In this document: positions 38,104 to 50,650 of the stretch, one piece after another | Numbering within the stretch: the stretch's first letter is position 1 | How the letters are laid out: each line of letters opens with the position of its first letter | DNA from: Camelus ferus | Lineage: Eukaryota | NCBI RefSeq assembly: GCF_009834535.1 | Contig: NC_045696.1 | Location: forward strand, 15,502,001 to 15,566,000 | Direction of reading: 5' to 3' | DNA length: 64,000 nucleotides | Notes under the pieces: model-generated | Databases searched by the model: none | Told to the model about the DNA's origin: nothing | What the model saw: the letters and a program-made list of their open reading frames with translations, nothing else | Program-made: the position numbers and the translations under genes

Positions 38104-39425
38104 GCCGGGTGCGTGTGGAGGGAAAGGGCAGTGTGGAAGGGCTGATGCACTGAAATCAAGAAGGCTGGAGGAATCCAGTGTACCTTGCCGGTGATCAACG
38201 AGGTGTGGCGATGAGTTGGGAGGTAGAGGTAGGTAGAAAAGTTATAGATCATCAGAATTTCCTGCCAGTTACTAATTTGATAGGGTAGTTCTTGGAGATT
38301 ATTCACATCTGACCAATGATAGATCACGAAAAAGCCCCAGGGCATTATTATTTCTTTTGTTACATTTATGATAAGTTTTTCCAAAAAGAGAAACAACTGT
38401 CAAAATCAGTGTAAGAAATATTACAATCGCTGTTTCCTGGTACTGATGAAATATTTTGTATCATGGGGGTTGGGAAATGAAAAGCAGGAGAAAGATGAGA
38501 TTTGAGGTTTAAGATGTGGCTTACTTTACCTCACTAGCAATGGAGAGAGAAAGGAATGCAAGTAGGGTCTTTGACCAGCAATGTTCATGGCTGTTGTGGT
38601 TTCAGAGAATGTTTGTGCCATCTTTTCTACTGAAAGTTAAGAATTCAAAATTGTCCAGCATGAGAAAAATGCTTGGCAAAGATCTCAAGATTGTCCAGCA
38701 TGAGAAATGCTTAAGCAGCATCCAATGACTCAAATGACTCTGTCTTTCCTTTCTTGTGCCATTCTCATGTCTTTATTTGTGAATTCATCTTGGTGAAGAA
38801 ACAATTCTGCGTATTTGTAAAAATGACATTAAGTCTACAAGGGATTAAAAAAAAGCAGCCATGTATCAGAAGCTGATAAAAGCGAGGGGGCTACATTTCT
38901 TTCTTCCTGATGTAAGCCTACTTAAGGAATGTGGATGTGAGGGGAAAAAAAACAGTTTGTGTCTGAAGAAAGTCAGTAAGATCGCACAAAAAGGATGTAA
39001 TGCCGGAACAAGAATGGGGTGTGTACAACAGGGTCCCTAGGATCTGGGGACGTTGAGATCTCTTTTCTCGTGGTGGGGAAGCTACTGAGGGGTAGCGGGT
39101 CCATCCTCAGCAGCTGGTCCAACAGTCATATCCTGGTGAATGTCTGTGCAGCTCTTCTACTATGAAAGAGAATGACTTTTTCCATATGTATATAGTAAAA
39201 TATGTTACTATAAATCCTACATACTTTATAAGTATTGGTTTGTGTGTTCCTTCTGAGAAGGACTATAGTTTGTAATAAATGCCTATAATAACATATTTAT
39301 TTTTATACATTTCTTTCTAATGATAAAACTTTTAAGTTATATCCCTTTTGTAAAAGGTCATATAAAAATAGAGTATTTATACAATATATGTTACTAGAAA
39401 TAATAAAAGGACACTTTTCGAATGT
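38104..39425 (+). other. ADAMTS1: 3' UTR of ADAMTS1 (end inferred)
   Basis: Follows the stop codon; AU-rich distal part ending in AATAAA plus a GU/U-rich element. Confidence 0.75.
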
Positions 39426-39446
39426 GTGTCGATTTTTTTTTTTTTT
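39402..39446 (+). terminator. ADAMTS1: Polyadenylation signal and downstream GU/U-rich element
   Basis: AATAAA 39402-39407 followed by 'tgtgtgtc' and a T run at 39433-39446. Confidence 0.8.
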
Positions 39447-39641
39447 ACATGGGAATCCTGGGAAGGAAATCTGAGACACACAGATGGGATTTGAAGACAG
39501 AATGTTTTCTTGAATTCTTTGGAAAGAAGATTTTGTTTTAATAAAATATATCATGTATCCTTGGTGTGTATGATAGCTCCAAAGAAAGACATCTATATCT
39601 CTGGTGATAGATAGGTTTGTTACTAATGTAATAATATACAC

Positions 39642-39848
39642 CAGGGGTTGGCACACTTCTGTAAAGAGCGAAATAGTATGGTTTTTATGGGTCAAACCAT
39701 CTCTGTCACAGTGGATCAGCCGTGCTATTGTAGCAAGAATACAGCATAGACAGCACATAAATGAGTGGGCATGGTGGTGTTCTAATAAAACTTTATTTAC
39801 AGGACAGTGGGCCAGCTTTGTCCTATGAGCATAGTTTGCCCACCTCTG
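39642..39848. mobile_element. MER58A-like hAT-Charlie MITE
   Basis: Termini caggggttggca / tgcccacctctg; 8-bp TSD-like flanks atatacac / atgtacaa. Confidence 0.8.
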
Positions 39849-40675
39849 ATGTACAACAAATTCAGTGAAACAAAGTGGGGTTTTGGTTGCATTTTGAATT
39901 TATCTCCCTCAATTATATTGTAAAGTAAAATGATGTGAAAGTATTTAACCTAATGAACAGAAAATGATGATAAATTACATTTGGGAAAGACGTGCTTGGT
40001 GAGCCAAGCCCTCCGAATGTTCCATTTGCTCTTCAGGAATACCTGGCGTGGTTTCTCCAAACCCTGGAACATCCAAGCCATGCTCTCGGGATCCTTTTAG
40101 AAGTCACTATATTTTAAGTACTAAATGGTACATCAATGACTTTAAAAGCTCAGACTGCTTCCAAAGTAACTACATTTCTCTCAGGAAATAGCTTATTTAC
40201 TAGAAGACGTGGATTATGTGGTTAGCCACAGATATTTCCCACTTTACATTTTCATCTTCGTTTTCACCCCCCTTAGAACAGTTTTCTTAAGTAGCTCTAT
40301 ATAACATGCTAATTTCAGATTCCAGCAATAATTCTAATTTGCCCTCAGAATTACTCAATGTTACTCCCCTGAGCTGTGGAATGTAAGATTCTCAGGAGCC
40401 AGCTGTTTGGGGCAGAGAGTGGAGAAAGACAGGGAGAGTCACGTTAGCATGTTAGTCTCTGGTTAAGTTTTTTCCTATCTGTTGGCCACCAGACTGAAAG
40501 GTAAAAGTCAAATCTCACACTGTGGGCATTAGTCCCAGAGAACTCAGTTAAACGTAGAATTTGGCCACGCAGTTCAGTGGCCTAATGTGCTCTTTGCCCC
40601 AACAGTCTCTACCCCAACTATTCATTTGCCTACATTACTTATTGGGTACAAATCCCCACAGTAAGTGACATGGCA

Positions 40676-40676
<1 letters not shown>

Positions 40677-40714
<38 letters not shown>
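40677..40714. repeat. (AC)19 microsatellite
   Basis: Direct reading; perfect repeat. Confidence 0.95.
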
Positions 40715-40717
<3 letters not shown>

Positions 40718-42149
40718 GGTGCCTTTACCCTCAATTACTATGCAAGCTTTGGATAAAATGAGATAAATGTACCTAGAATGATAATTAATAACAAAAGAAG
40801 TCATTTTCAGATCTTGCCTATTCACCAATGATTTTTTTTTTTCCTTTTCAAAGGCTTATTTGATGTAGTAATCAAGGAGCCTAAAATTCAGGACATAAAG
40901 AGATAAAAAACAGCCAAAAGATTTTCCACCACTTTATTCTTAGTCCAAGGTAATGCCAAACAGCTTTCCAAGTTGCCACATTATTTTCTTCAGCCCTCTG
41001 CTGGTGAGATTTCCCTTTTATCAATCAGCTGAGCAGTTTAAAACATTCTATTTGGGCAGCAAAGGGAGTTTCACTTAAAATACACATTGGGAGCTGTGAG
41101 CTTGACCAGGCATCTGCTTAATTAAAAGGAGGAAAGATTTTGTGCTCACCACTGTTGTAGGTACAAATGATGAGTTGCTATGATACTGAGGACAAATTTA
41201 AACACCTAATTTTCGAAGCATTCAATGGGCACTTTCTTTCTCTAGCATTTCGATGACCACCAGGCAAGCATAATTTTTGTATCAGAGTTTTCACACAAAA
41301 ATCTGCAAAAATTGTTTCCAACATTTGCTTTTTGTTTAATTTGTCTTCTAGAAGAAGGTACTGGAGATCTGAATGTCACTTAGGAACAATGGATAACAGC
41401 TACAATTTGCTGATCTCATTGGTTTTTCCAAAAGAAAGAAAAAAGAAAATTATTAACATAAAGGTTGGGGAGGCTAGACCTATCAAAGAAATGAACCAAA
41501 GCTACTCCAGTATAGAAGTGTGGTCTTTCTGCCATATGCATTTTTCTGTGACATGAATGAGCTCATATGACATTGGCAGAAATGGAAACAGTAAAACATG
41601 GAAGATGCGTTGGTTTGTCAGTGTTTTCCCAGTCAATAAATGTTTTGTGCCTTCTCTTAAGAGCAGTGGAACATAAAATATCCTAACTCGTGAACATGGC
41701 AAGTCACAGAAGAAATTGGAACTATACAGAATGCCCACTCATCTCACTTGTCTCCATTTGGTGTCAATCTTGGAGGCTCCTAATATGATTCCTGTTCAAT
41801 TTGCTCTTGTATCCGTAAGGCAAAAGCTTGAACTTTTCTTTACAGCCCTTCTGTTGATCACGTTGCCCTTATTTTAGGCTAAGTTTGTGTAATTATAAAC
41901 AATTATTTGTAATTTAGCATATTTTGTTAGCTATCGTAATTTCTTTTCCTTTAGGATTACTATTGTTCTGTGTTCTACTGCTCTTAAGAGAAGCTATAAA
42001 CCATTTACTTGCTGGTGTGGGAAGGAGACTGAGGGCCGTTTTCTGTAGAATTACCCAGGAAGGCTCTTTCAATGAGTTATTTGGGAGGAAACCAGAAGGA
42101 TGCAAGAGGACAGCTTTCCACGGGATGAGATTACAATGAACTCCCACAG

Positions 42150-42545
42150 GTGGGGGTAAGCTCAGCTTCTGGAAGAGGCCAGTGTGGCTGGAGCCGTGAG
42201 GAGAGGGGAGTGGAAAGAGAAGAGGTTACTGGAGGCCAGAGCTTGTTCTGCAAGAGTAGGAAGTATGTTTGGGTTTTGCTCTGAGTAAGATGAGGAGCCA
42301 GTGGAAGGAACTAAGCAAAGGAGAAACATGGTCTGACTTCACATTTCAACCTGGAAGGAGACCAGACAGGAGCCAGACAGGAAAGTATTGCAATAATTTC
42401 AATGACCAATAATGATGGGCTGAACTAGGGGGATAGCCATGGAGGGGGGAAAAGAGGTCAAATTCTGCAGCTTGAGACTTTGAGATTTGCAGATAAGCAT
42501 AGATGTGAAAGTGGAAAAACTATCATGGATGAGTCCAGGAGACTT
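42150..42545 (-). mobile_element. L2 LINE fragment
   Basis: 'gaggccagtgtggctggagc...tgagtaagatgaggagccagtggaagg...ggtctgactt' is typical antisense L2. Confidence 0.7.
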
Positions 42546-42599
42546 TTTTTTTTTTTTTGCCTTTCTGCTTTTTTGGGAGGGAAAGTGTGTTCTGTGCAA

Positions 42600-43900
42600 C
42601 ATTGATACTACACTCTAATTAAAGACCAATGCAAATTAAAAATACAAGATTTTCAGTAAATATTAAAACCAGTTAAACCTATAGCTCAATATAAGTAACT
42701 GTTGAAAATATGATTTCAAAATTAACTGGAAATATAAAAATAGTAGTTAAAAAGAAGATACATAATGCAAAATATTTTAATAAAAATAACAAGTTAAGTC
42801 TAAAACCATATGCCTATTGACAAAATCAAAACAGTAGGATGGAAATTTCTTACATTAGGAGTTATCAAAGGACATGATTTTATTCTTGAAGTTGGTAATT
42901 AGGTAAATATAGATGATGATATTTCTTGAAAACAAATACCCAAAAATGTCTTTTCATGGAGAAAGGATGTATGTAAAATATAATCTGTAAAGAAACAAAT
43001 GGAAAGCAAAAAATAAGGTAGCAGAATTCCAACCACATTATAATGAAAACACATTGTTAAACTTTCCTACTAAAAGACAAATATCTTCAGGATGTGTTTA
43101 AAAATAAAATCCAATGGCATGATAAATAAAAGGGAACTATCTAAATCAAAATGACATTTCTTCAAAGAAGTCCAAAGATTTATCAGGCAAATCATAGGAA
43201 AAAAGTAAGAATAGAATATTGTATCAGCCAAAATCATATTTAAGATGGAAAAGCACTAAGAAAAATAAAGAATAACATTTCTTGTGGATTACAGGTAAAA
43301 TCTACAACAAAAATATGTGTTCCAGATAATAGAACATCTATATATCAATTTAAAATTGTTTAAAATACAAAGAATAATCAACAGGTAGGGATTATTCTGT
43401 CTTTAAAACCTCTCTCTAGGTTAAGGCAGGCCAAAAATATAAGAAAAAATATGTAAAACTTTAGAAAGACATAAAAGAAGACTTTAGTAAAGGAAGAGAC
43501 ATACAAAGTTATTTTGCAATAAATCATAAACCTTTTATTTTGTCCTGAAACAATTAGTAGATTTAATGACATTCCAATCATTAGCCACTCATAATTTCTT
43601 GGAACTTGATAACATAATTTTAAAGTTCATCTGAAGAAATAAATTTGGAGAAGGGAAGGGAAACACAACTGAAAAACCAACTATTAGCGAATATGGAGAA
43701 ATATTTATCTGATCTCTAAATGGGGGAGGAAGTCTGAACACAGAAACAGTGAAAGATATTAAACTGCCAATACAAACACATACAAGTGGATTGATTTGAT
43801 TGGCTCAGAAACTTCACTCTTCTGTGTTTCAGAAGAATCTTTTAAAAAATATGAAGAAAAAAAAAACTGTTTTCACTACACACAAAAGACAACCAAGCTT
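42600..43900 (+). mobile_element. Degraded old L1M fragments
   Basis: A-rich skew and L1 ORF2-like remnants ('tttttaaagttcatctgaag'). Confidence 0.45.
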
Positions 43901-44439
43901 GCCTCAGAACTTTTCCACGGGCCATTTGTTTCACTGGCGAATTCCAAATGGCCACCCAATTAACCATTAATCAACATTTAGATCTCAAATGGTGTCACTT
44001 ATCCAGGGAAAACTTTCCTAAAGCCTTCAGGCTAGATTAGCTCTCAAAGCACCGCGTACTTTCATTTCTTGTCACTTCTCACAGGAATCATTTACTCTTT
44101 TTAGCTCTGCATTTGTTTTGCTGAGTATTTTTTTCTCAGCATCTAGAAATACCCGTGCAATGTTATTTTTATGTAATGAATAACCTTCAAGAGTAGTCAG
44201 ACTATTTCATGTATCTATTTCTACTCCTAAGAAGGGATACTAAATAAATAATCCAAAAGTTTGGCAAAGGTTTATATATGAATGAATGAATTTGTATATG
44301 AATGTTCTATAAATCTGAATGCAGACATCAAAGGAGACTACTGATGACATAACAAAACTGGAATCTCAGGTTAGTGATCATGGGACCAGCATTCCTGGAA
44401 GCTGACTATGTGTTTTTCATAAATTAATTCAATTAATAC

Positions 44440-44620
44440 TCAAGGAAAACACAACTGTGATGTAGATATTATCATTATCCTTATTTTATAGGTAAGGAAA
44501 CTGGCAAAGAAAAGCTGAACTGCTTGGTTGAGGACGGACAATTAGCAAGAATCTCAGCAAGGATTCCAACCCCGGCATCCAACCTTGAGGTCTGTATCCT
44601 CTCTACTTGTAAGCGCTACC
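44440..44620 (-). mobile_element. MIR SINE
   Basis: 'attatccttattttataggtaaggaaactg...aggattccaaccc'. Confidence 0.65.
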
Positions 44621-47600
44621 CCATATTTTGCTACTAAGTTGCACACACACACGCACGCACACACACACTCACAAGCATTCACACTTAATAGTGCATATAC
44701 ACAAAAATAACCTAACTGGCTATTTTTATTTTCTTCTTTGTACCTGGTATATTTTCCAAATTTTTACCCAAAACTCAACTATATCATTTTTATAATCTGA
44801 AAAGAAGTTACTTTTAAAGGGTAGGAAAACCCTAATTAGAGTGATCTTCGTTGTATGAATTCTTTCCAACCAGGAATTTCCAGACGTTATAAACAGTTTC
44901 TGTTTTTGTTTAGTTTGCCCCCAGTAAGAAATTTTCAAAGAGCTGAAGCATTTTTGCAGGACCATGTCATAAAAGAAAGTCCATTTTGTTGGTATTTGTT
45001 TATGATGACCATTCCAAGCATGGAGGCAGAAGTCAAGATAGAGAAATTGGTCTGTAGATCACCAAGTGACTATATACTAACTTCAGTATATACATTATTC
45101 TTCCAAAGAGATCTACACTGTATATCACTAAAAGTACTGAAATCACATTTCAAACTCAAGTCCATATTTTCCATCATTTTACGTTTTTCTACCTCTCTGT
45201 CCCTATTCATCAGTAAGGAGGATGAATGAACAGTAAATCTGTAAGAATTTAGAGTTACTGACATTTTAATTTTTTTTTTAAAGTGTGGACCTGACAACCA
45301 GAGGAGAGGCAGGAGAATCAAACTCATAGATTCCCATCAGGCATAAAATCCACAGAGACTGCATACCTGCAGATGCGAGTTTCACTGTGCTCCTAAGGCC
45401 TGTCGTTCCATAGCTGTCTCAGGTGCAGAAGTAGCCAAAAGTCAGCCTCGAGGAAAGGCTGGACTCAAGCCCTATACTGACATTCTCAGTTTCCAACATT
45501 CTCAGTTATCCGAGATTACCTATGGGATTCAAAGGAGTCACCAAAAGTAAGAGCAAAACGATGAACTACCTTGCAGATACATGAATAAAGAACAAAACCA
45601 AGATGTGACAGTGCTAGTCCTCTTTATTACAGAAGTTTTGTAAAAACAGCTTTTGCAATTGTTTCAACTGTCCTTTTCGAATGCCCTCATTTTCCTTGAA
45701 AAAACTGTCAGAGAGGCAGAGAAAAATTTGTTTTTCCTTTAGCAGTAGAAGAAAAGAATATCCAGTAAGCACTAATGTAGTAATATATTTAGATGGAATA
45801 AAAACCCATCAACGCAGGGATGTTTACTGCCTTGAACAGCAGTGAAAAGGTGTTATCATCTCATAACCAGGGTAGATATTTCTGAATCGCTCCTTCTTTC
45901 AAAAAGTCATACTAGACGATATGTCTGAAATTCTCTTTAAAAAAATTTTAAGCAAAAGAGAAAAGGTGGGGGTAGATAAACCTAGAGCAGGAAGATGATG
46001 ACAATCATTAAAGGTGAGTAACAGATAGAGATTCATAACACTTGCTGCTTTTGTGTAAAGTAAATAGGAATACCAAAAAAACTAAAGAGAAATTGTAGTT
46101 CTTCAGTCCAACTTACAAATCAATGTCAGTACTTGAAGTAATTTAATATATGACATATATTAGTGTCCTTTTCTCCTCTTGTGCTTGTTTGAAAGGAGAA
46201 TAAATGAATTTAAAGGACTCACTTAAAAACACAGAAGCACTTTTTAAAACAGCTTGGTACAGAATACAAGAGAAAATCATGTAACAGAAAGAAGGAAGGA
46301 AAGAGAGAAAGAGAGAAAGAGGGGAAAGGAGGGAGGAAAAGGAAGGAGGGGAGAAGGAAGGGAGAAAGACACTCTTTTTATTTGCATCACTATAAAATAT
46401 ACAGCAATTAAATAAGTTCTCTGATATAATAGGCTGTGAATTGATCACTTTTCCCACAAAAGCCTGATTTAAATATTATGATAGGCTGGAAAAACTTACT
46501 ACTTTATATTATAGGTTCCTAGAACTTTTATTTTGCACCAAGAAGAAGAAAATGAAGTAAACAGAATGCAAATGGAAAGTTATTTTTGCTTGCATATATT
46601 CAGAATTCAATACTAAGGATTAAAAAAACTATTACAGCCAATGAAGTACATACCAAGGGATTTAAATATATAATATACACATATTATATATGTGTGTGTG
46701 TATCATACATGTTCACATATAATATGTTCATATATTCATGTTCTTATATAATATGAACATATAGATATATAGTATATTTGAAAGAAAGGCTGAGTGAAGA
46801 GAAAGGAGTTAACCTGAAGACACTCAGAGGGATTCAGCGGTGAAGCAGAGGAACAATGGTCGGCCCAGACAGAGGCCACGTTTGGCAACCTTGAAGGTGT
46901 GGATGAGGGGGTGCAGCTGAAAGATTTGATCAATAGGCAGGGATCAAAGATCTCTGATTCCTAGCTGAAGCTTTTCACCAGATGGATTAGATCAATTGAG
47001 TGAAAAGTTTCTCTCCGTTTTTCTTCTTTAAAGAGAGTGAAGAACTTACCAGGTCCCTGCTGCATCTTGCCTGAAAGCAGACAAGTGGACCAAACAAAGA
47101 GCACAGGACCCGAGCAGCTGCCTGCCGTCGGGGCCTCTGCAATACTGTTCTGGTTTCTCACTTATTGCAGGCTGTTTTACTTGGTTCTGAATGTTCCAGA
47201 ACCTTTCACCTTCAAAATTTTCACCCAAGTTGTTAACAAGAATAGAACCGTCAGGCTTGGCTTTCGTCTCCTCTCTTCTCTGAGTTTGCCAGAGGTAATG
47301 ATAAAAGCGGAGCTCATTCCAAAGGATCCTGGAGGGGAAAAGGAAGGCGAGCAGGGCCTCCACCACTTATCAGCTCAATAAACAAATTCTGAATAAATGA
47401 AAGTTGGCTGGAGGCCTTCATCTCAAACAGTAAGGACACACAATCTCAAAAGCTAGATCTCCAGGTCTGCGGGCAGGATGTTTTGCTCTTCAAGACCCTT
47501 AGAGGTGATATCTAGTTATCAAAGTACAAGATATTCTGGAATGGTCTCTGCAGCACTAGGACAGTTTCTTTTAGAAGCTGAATATTCGTTAAATCCTGTC

Positions 47601-48504
47601 CTTCTTAAATTAAAATGCTCTTACACTAGTCCTGATAGTCTCTTCCTCTACATTGTCCATACCCTGTAAGCAGGCAGACGTGAGAAGCGAATTCCCTTGT
47701 GTGGGCTTTCCGCGTGACTCTAATTTGGAGCTCTGAATTTAAGATTCAGCGATGCAAGGTTGCTAAAGAAACCACAGACTGTCCCGCTTATTTTTGATCT
47801 GTGATCTCTTTTTGCCTTCTTAAGGCAAAGGCTGTTGGTTTTTCTACCAAAAATCATAATAGTATTACATTTTTTTTCTTTAAGAACCATGTGAATGTGA
47901 AACTTTTAAAAGATTAAAATGTAAACAAAGCTGGACACCTGGAAACACTTTTGATCCCACACAGTTGTAAACAGTCTAAAAATCTCACTTTGGGCAACAC
48001 TGAAAATTTCAGGCACAGTTGCAACACAGTGATATTCAGTTCTTAGCCTGACTGGGAGAAAGCAAAGGTATAATTTTACAAAAGAAAAAAGAAAGGTATT
48101 ATTGAGAGTCCAGGATTACGGAAGCGAACATTTATTTCTCTGAGGGATTTTGCCATCCACAACTGTGGGACTTTAGGGGGAAAAAAAATACCGTACTATT
48201 AATTCTAACATACCTGACTTAAATTATCAATAACCACAAAAAAGATACAATAAAAAATGTGAAAATTTGTTAATTGCAGAGCATCAATAACAATAAAGTT
48301 GTCTGTCTTCAGATTACTGGATATTACACTTATATTCAGAACCCAAGGGAGATAGGAAACCGATACTATTAAAACAAATGCTTACTTTCAAGTAATATTT
48401 GACAGAGACTGTTGAAGAATCAGATGGTCAACTGCAAAGGTTTCATGGAGCCAAGAAGAGGCCATTGAATTTTAACAAAATATCTTTTTTTTTTAAACTG
48501 TTGG

Positions 48505-48608
48505 ACTTGACTTTATTGATGCATAGTCGAATGACAATGTGTGTTAATTTCTGGCACACAGCATAGTGATTCATTTATACATTTATATATTCCTTTTCAT
48601 ATTCTTTG
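48505..48608 (-). mobile_element. Very short L1 3' tip
   Basis: 'gacaatgtgtgttaatttctgg...cagcatagtgattca...tccttttcatattcttt' is the reverse complement of the L1 end seen at ~900-1000. Confidence 0.7.
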
Positions 48609-49282
48609 TCTAACATTTCTTTAAAAAAATCATTTGTTAAGAAGATAGAGTCCATTCATAGCAATATATTTGGCCAATATAATCACTTTGAACAAATAAT
48701 AAAAATATTTAATTCATGCTTTCTCTGAAATATGATTACATATCCTTCAAGAAGTATATGCTAAAAAAAAAACAAACACCAAAAAGAAAGAAGATCAACT
48801 TAGCATTTTCTTAAGAAAATTATAATAAAGAAGAGAAATCTGCCAAGTGAGTGATTAGACCATTATTCTACTGACAGGACAAATATACATAAGAATCATT
48901 AAGTATCCCTGATCCCCTATTTTGTACGAAGCACTATCTTAGGGACCGAGAAGGAACCACAACAAAGGAAAAAAAAGAGAGAGAAAGAGAGGCAAAAATA
49001 GTTAAAAGGATGGAAAAAGGGAGGGAAGGAGACAGGGAGCTCAGGAAAAAAGACAATCGTGGCTTCAGTCTGACAATATAGCCAGGGAAATAAAATGTAT
49101 ACCCATGAAAGTTAATTAACAATACAAGGAAGTGAGTCCAATGAGTTGTATGCATAATCTGGCCTCAGGAATACAGAAGAGAGAGGTTACTGCAGGTCAA
49201 GGGTCAAGGAAGATTGCAGGAAGGAGTGGAGACATAAACATGACCCTGGAGATTGAATGGGATTGAAACAGGCAGGGGACGT

Positions 49283-49626
49283 TGTCTCAGACAGTTCGGG
49301 CAGCTAGACAAAGTGCCATAGACCACATGGCTTATAAACAACATAAATTTCTCACAGTTCTGAAAGCTGAAAATCTGAGATCAGAGTGCCAGCATGGTCG
49401 GGTGCTGGTGAGAGCTCTCTTCAGGGCTGCAGACAGCAGACTTCCTGTTGTAGCCTCATGTGGAGGGTAAAAGGACACCCTAGGGTCCCCTTTCTAAGGG
49501 CACCTGTCCCACTCCTGAGGGCTTTACCCATATGACCTAATTATTTCCCCAAAGCCCCATCAACAGTGGGGGTTAGGATTTCGGCATAGGAATTTTGGGT
49601 GGAGATAAACATCCAGTCCACTGTAG
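49283..49626 (-). mobile_element. MaLR LTR (MLT1A-like)
   Basis: 'ggcttataaacaac...tttctcacagttctg...gagatcagagtgccagcatggtcgggt...gggggttaggatttc...aacatccagtcca'. Confidence 0.85.
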
Positions 49627-49869
49627 ATGTGTTTCAGATATTGGAGAAGGAATAGCAGGAGCCAAGTCTGATCCACATGATCCATTCCATTCCAGCTCCT
49701 CATAAGGACAAGTGACATACATAGGTGATAAAGACCATGCAAGAAAGACTATGTGTATGAGACCCAGAAAGATGCTTCCTGCCTTGCTAGCTTCATCCCA
49801 ATTCACTCAACCAGACAAACCAACTTAACCTGCTAAAATGCTACCTAGAGAAGTTATTGAATATTTGGT

Positions 49870-50345
49870 TATGATAAATTAAAAAAAAAAATCCAAGTTA
49901 TAGAGGCAAGTGATATGACCTTTGAAGATAAACATGCCAAAACACACATGCCTAAGTTAACACCCTCCTCCCCCAAGTCTGAACACTTTGGACTGCAAGT
50001 CATGAGCCCAGAGCAGCCATTGCTCCAAGGACTGGAGTTCCTCCCTGAAACAGTCCTCTGAGTGAATTCAGAGAAGAAAACTATCTCATTGCCTTCCAGC
50101 CATGTTTCATTTTTGACCAAAAATGGCATCACCCAGCTTAGACACCCACCTTACTCATTGTACTTGGCTGCAAAGGACTTCAGTTGTGTCCAAAATAAAA
50201 TCCTCCCTTCAAAGAGACATCTGCCACCACAGGAGATATTCAAAGAATTAGCTGAAGGCTCTCAAGGTAATTCCAAGGGATCCATTCCAGAAATATTAAA
50301 GTCATGGCAGCAGTACTAGGACAGGTGTCTGTACTTCCCAAATGA
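49870..50345 (+). mobile_element. Mariner (MARNA-like) transposase remnant
   Basis: Translation HPPYSLYLAAKDF (50143-50181) resembles the mariner HPPYSPDLAPSDF motif. Confidence 0.65.
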
Positions 50346-50419
50346 CAACCTTAAAGGGCCAGAGTGCTTTTGAATGCAAGTCTTGTTTTGTCTGTTGAAA
50401 AACATTGTCATCCTGAGAG

Positions 50420-50650
50420 GTTGCTTGACATAGTGGTTGAATGTGCAAAATCTGGAATCAGATTGTTTGGGTTGAATCTCAGCTCTTCCATTTCCCTGCC
50501 TTACCCTCAACTGCTTTATCTCGATGAGCCATCTACACAATGAAAACAGAAACTTACTTCCTACAGCTGGTATCAGGATCCAATTCTGTAATACCTACAA
50601 AGAACTTAAACCAGGAGCTGGTACATAGTAGACACTACTAGTCCTCAGAT
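50420..50650 (+). mobile_element. MIR SINE
   Basis: 'catagtggttgaatg...tctggaatcagattgtttgggttgaatctcagctct...ctggtacatagtagacact'. Confidence 0.7.

Noticed and set aside
39303..39758. 151-aa minus-strand ORF over the ADAMTS1 3' end
   Set aside because: Runs through a MER58 element and a poly-T run, with no protein-like features.
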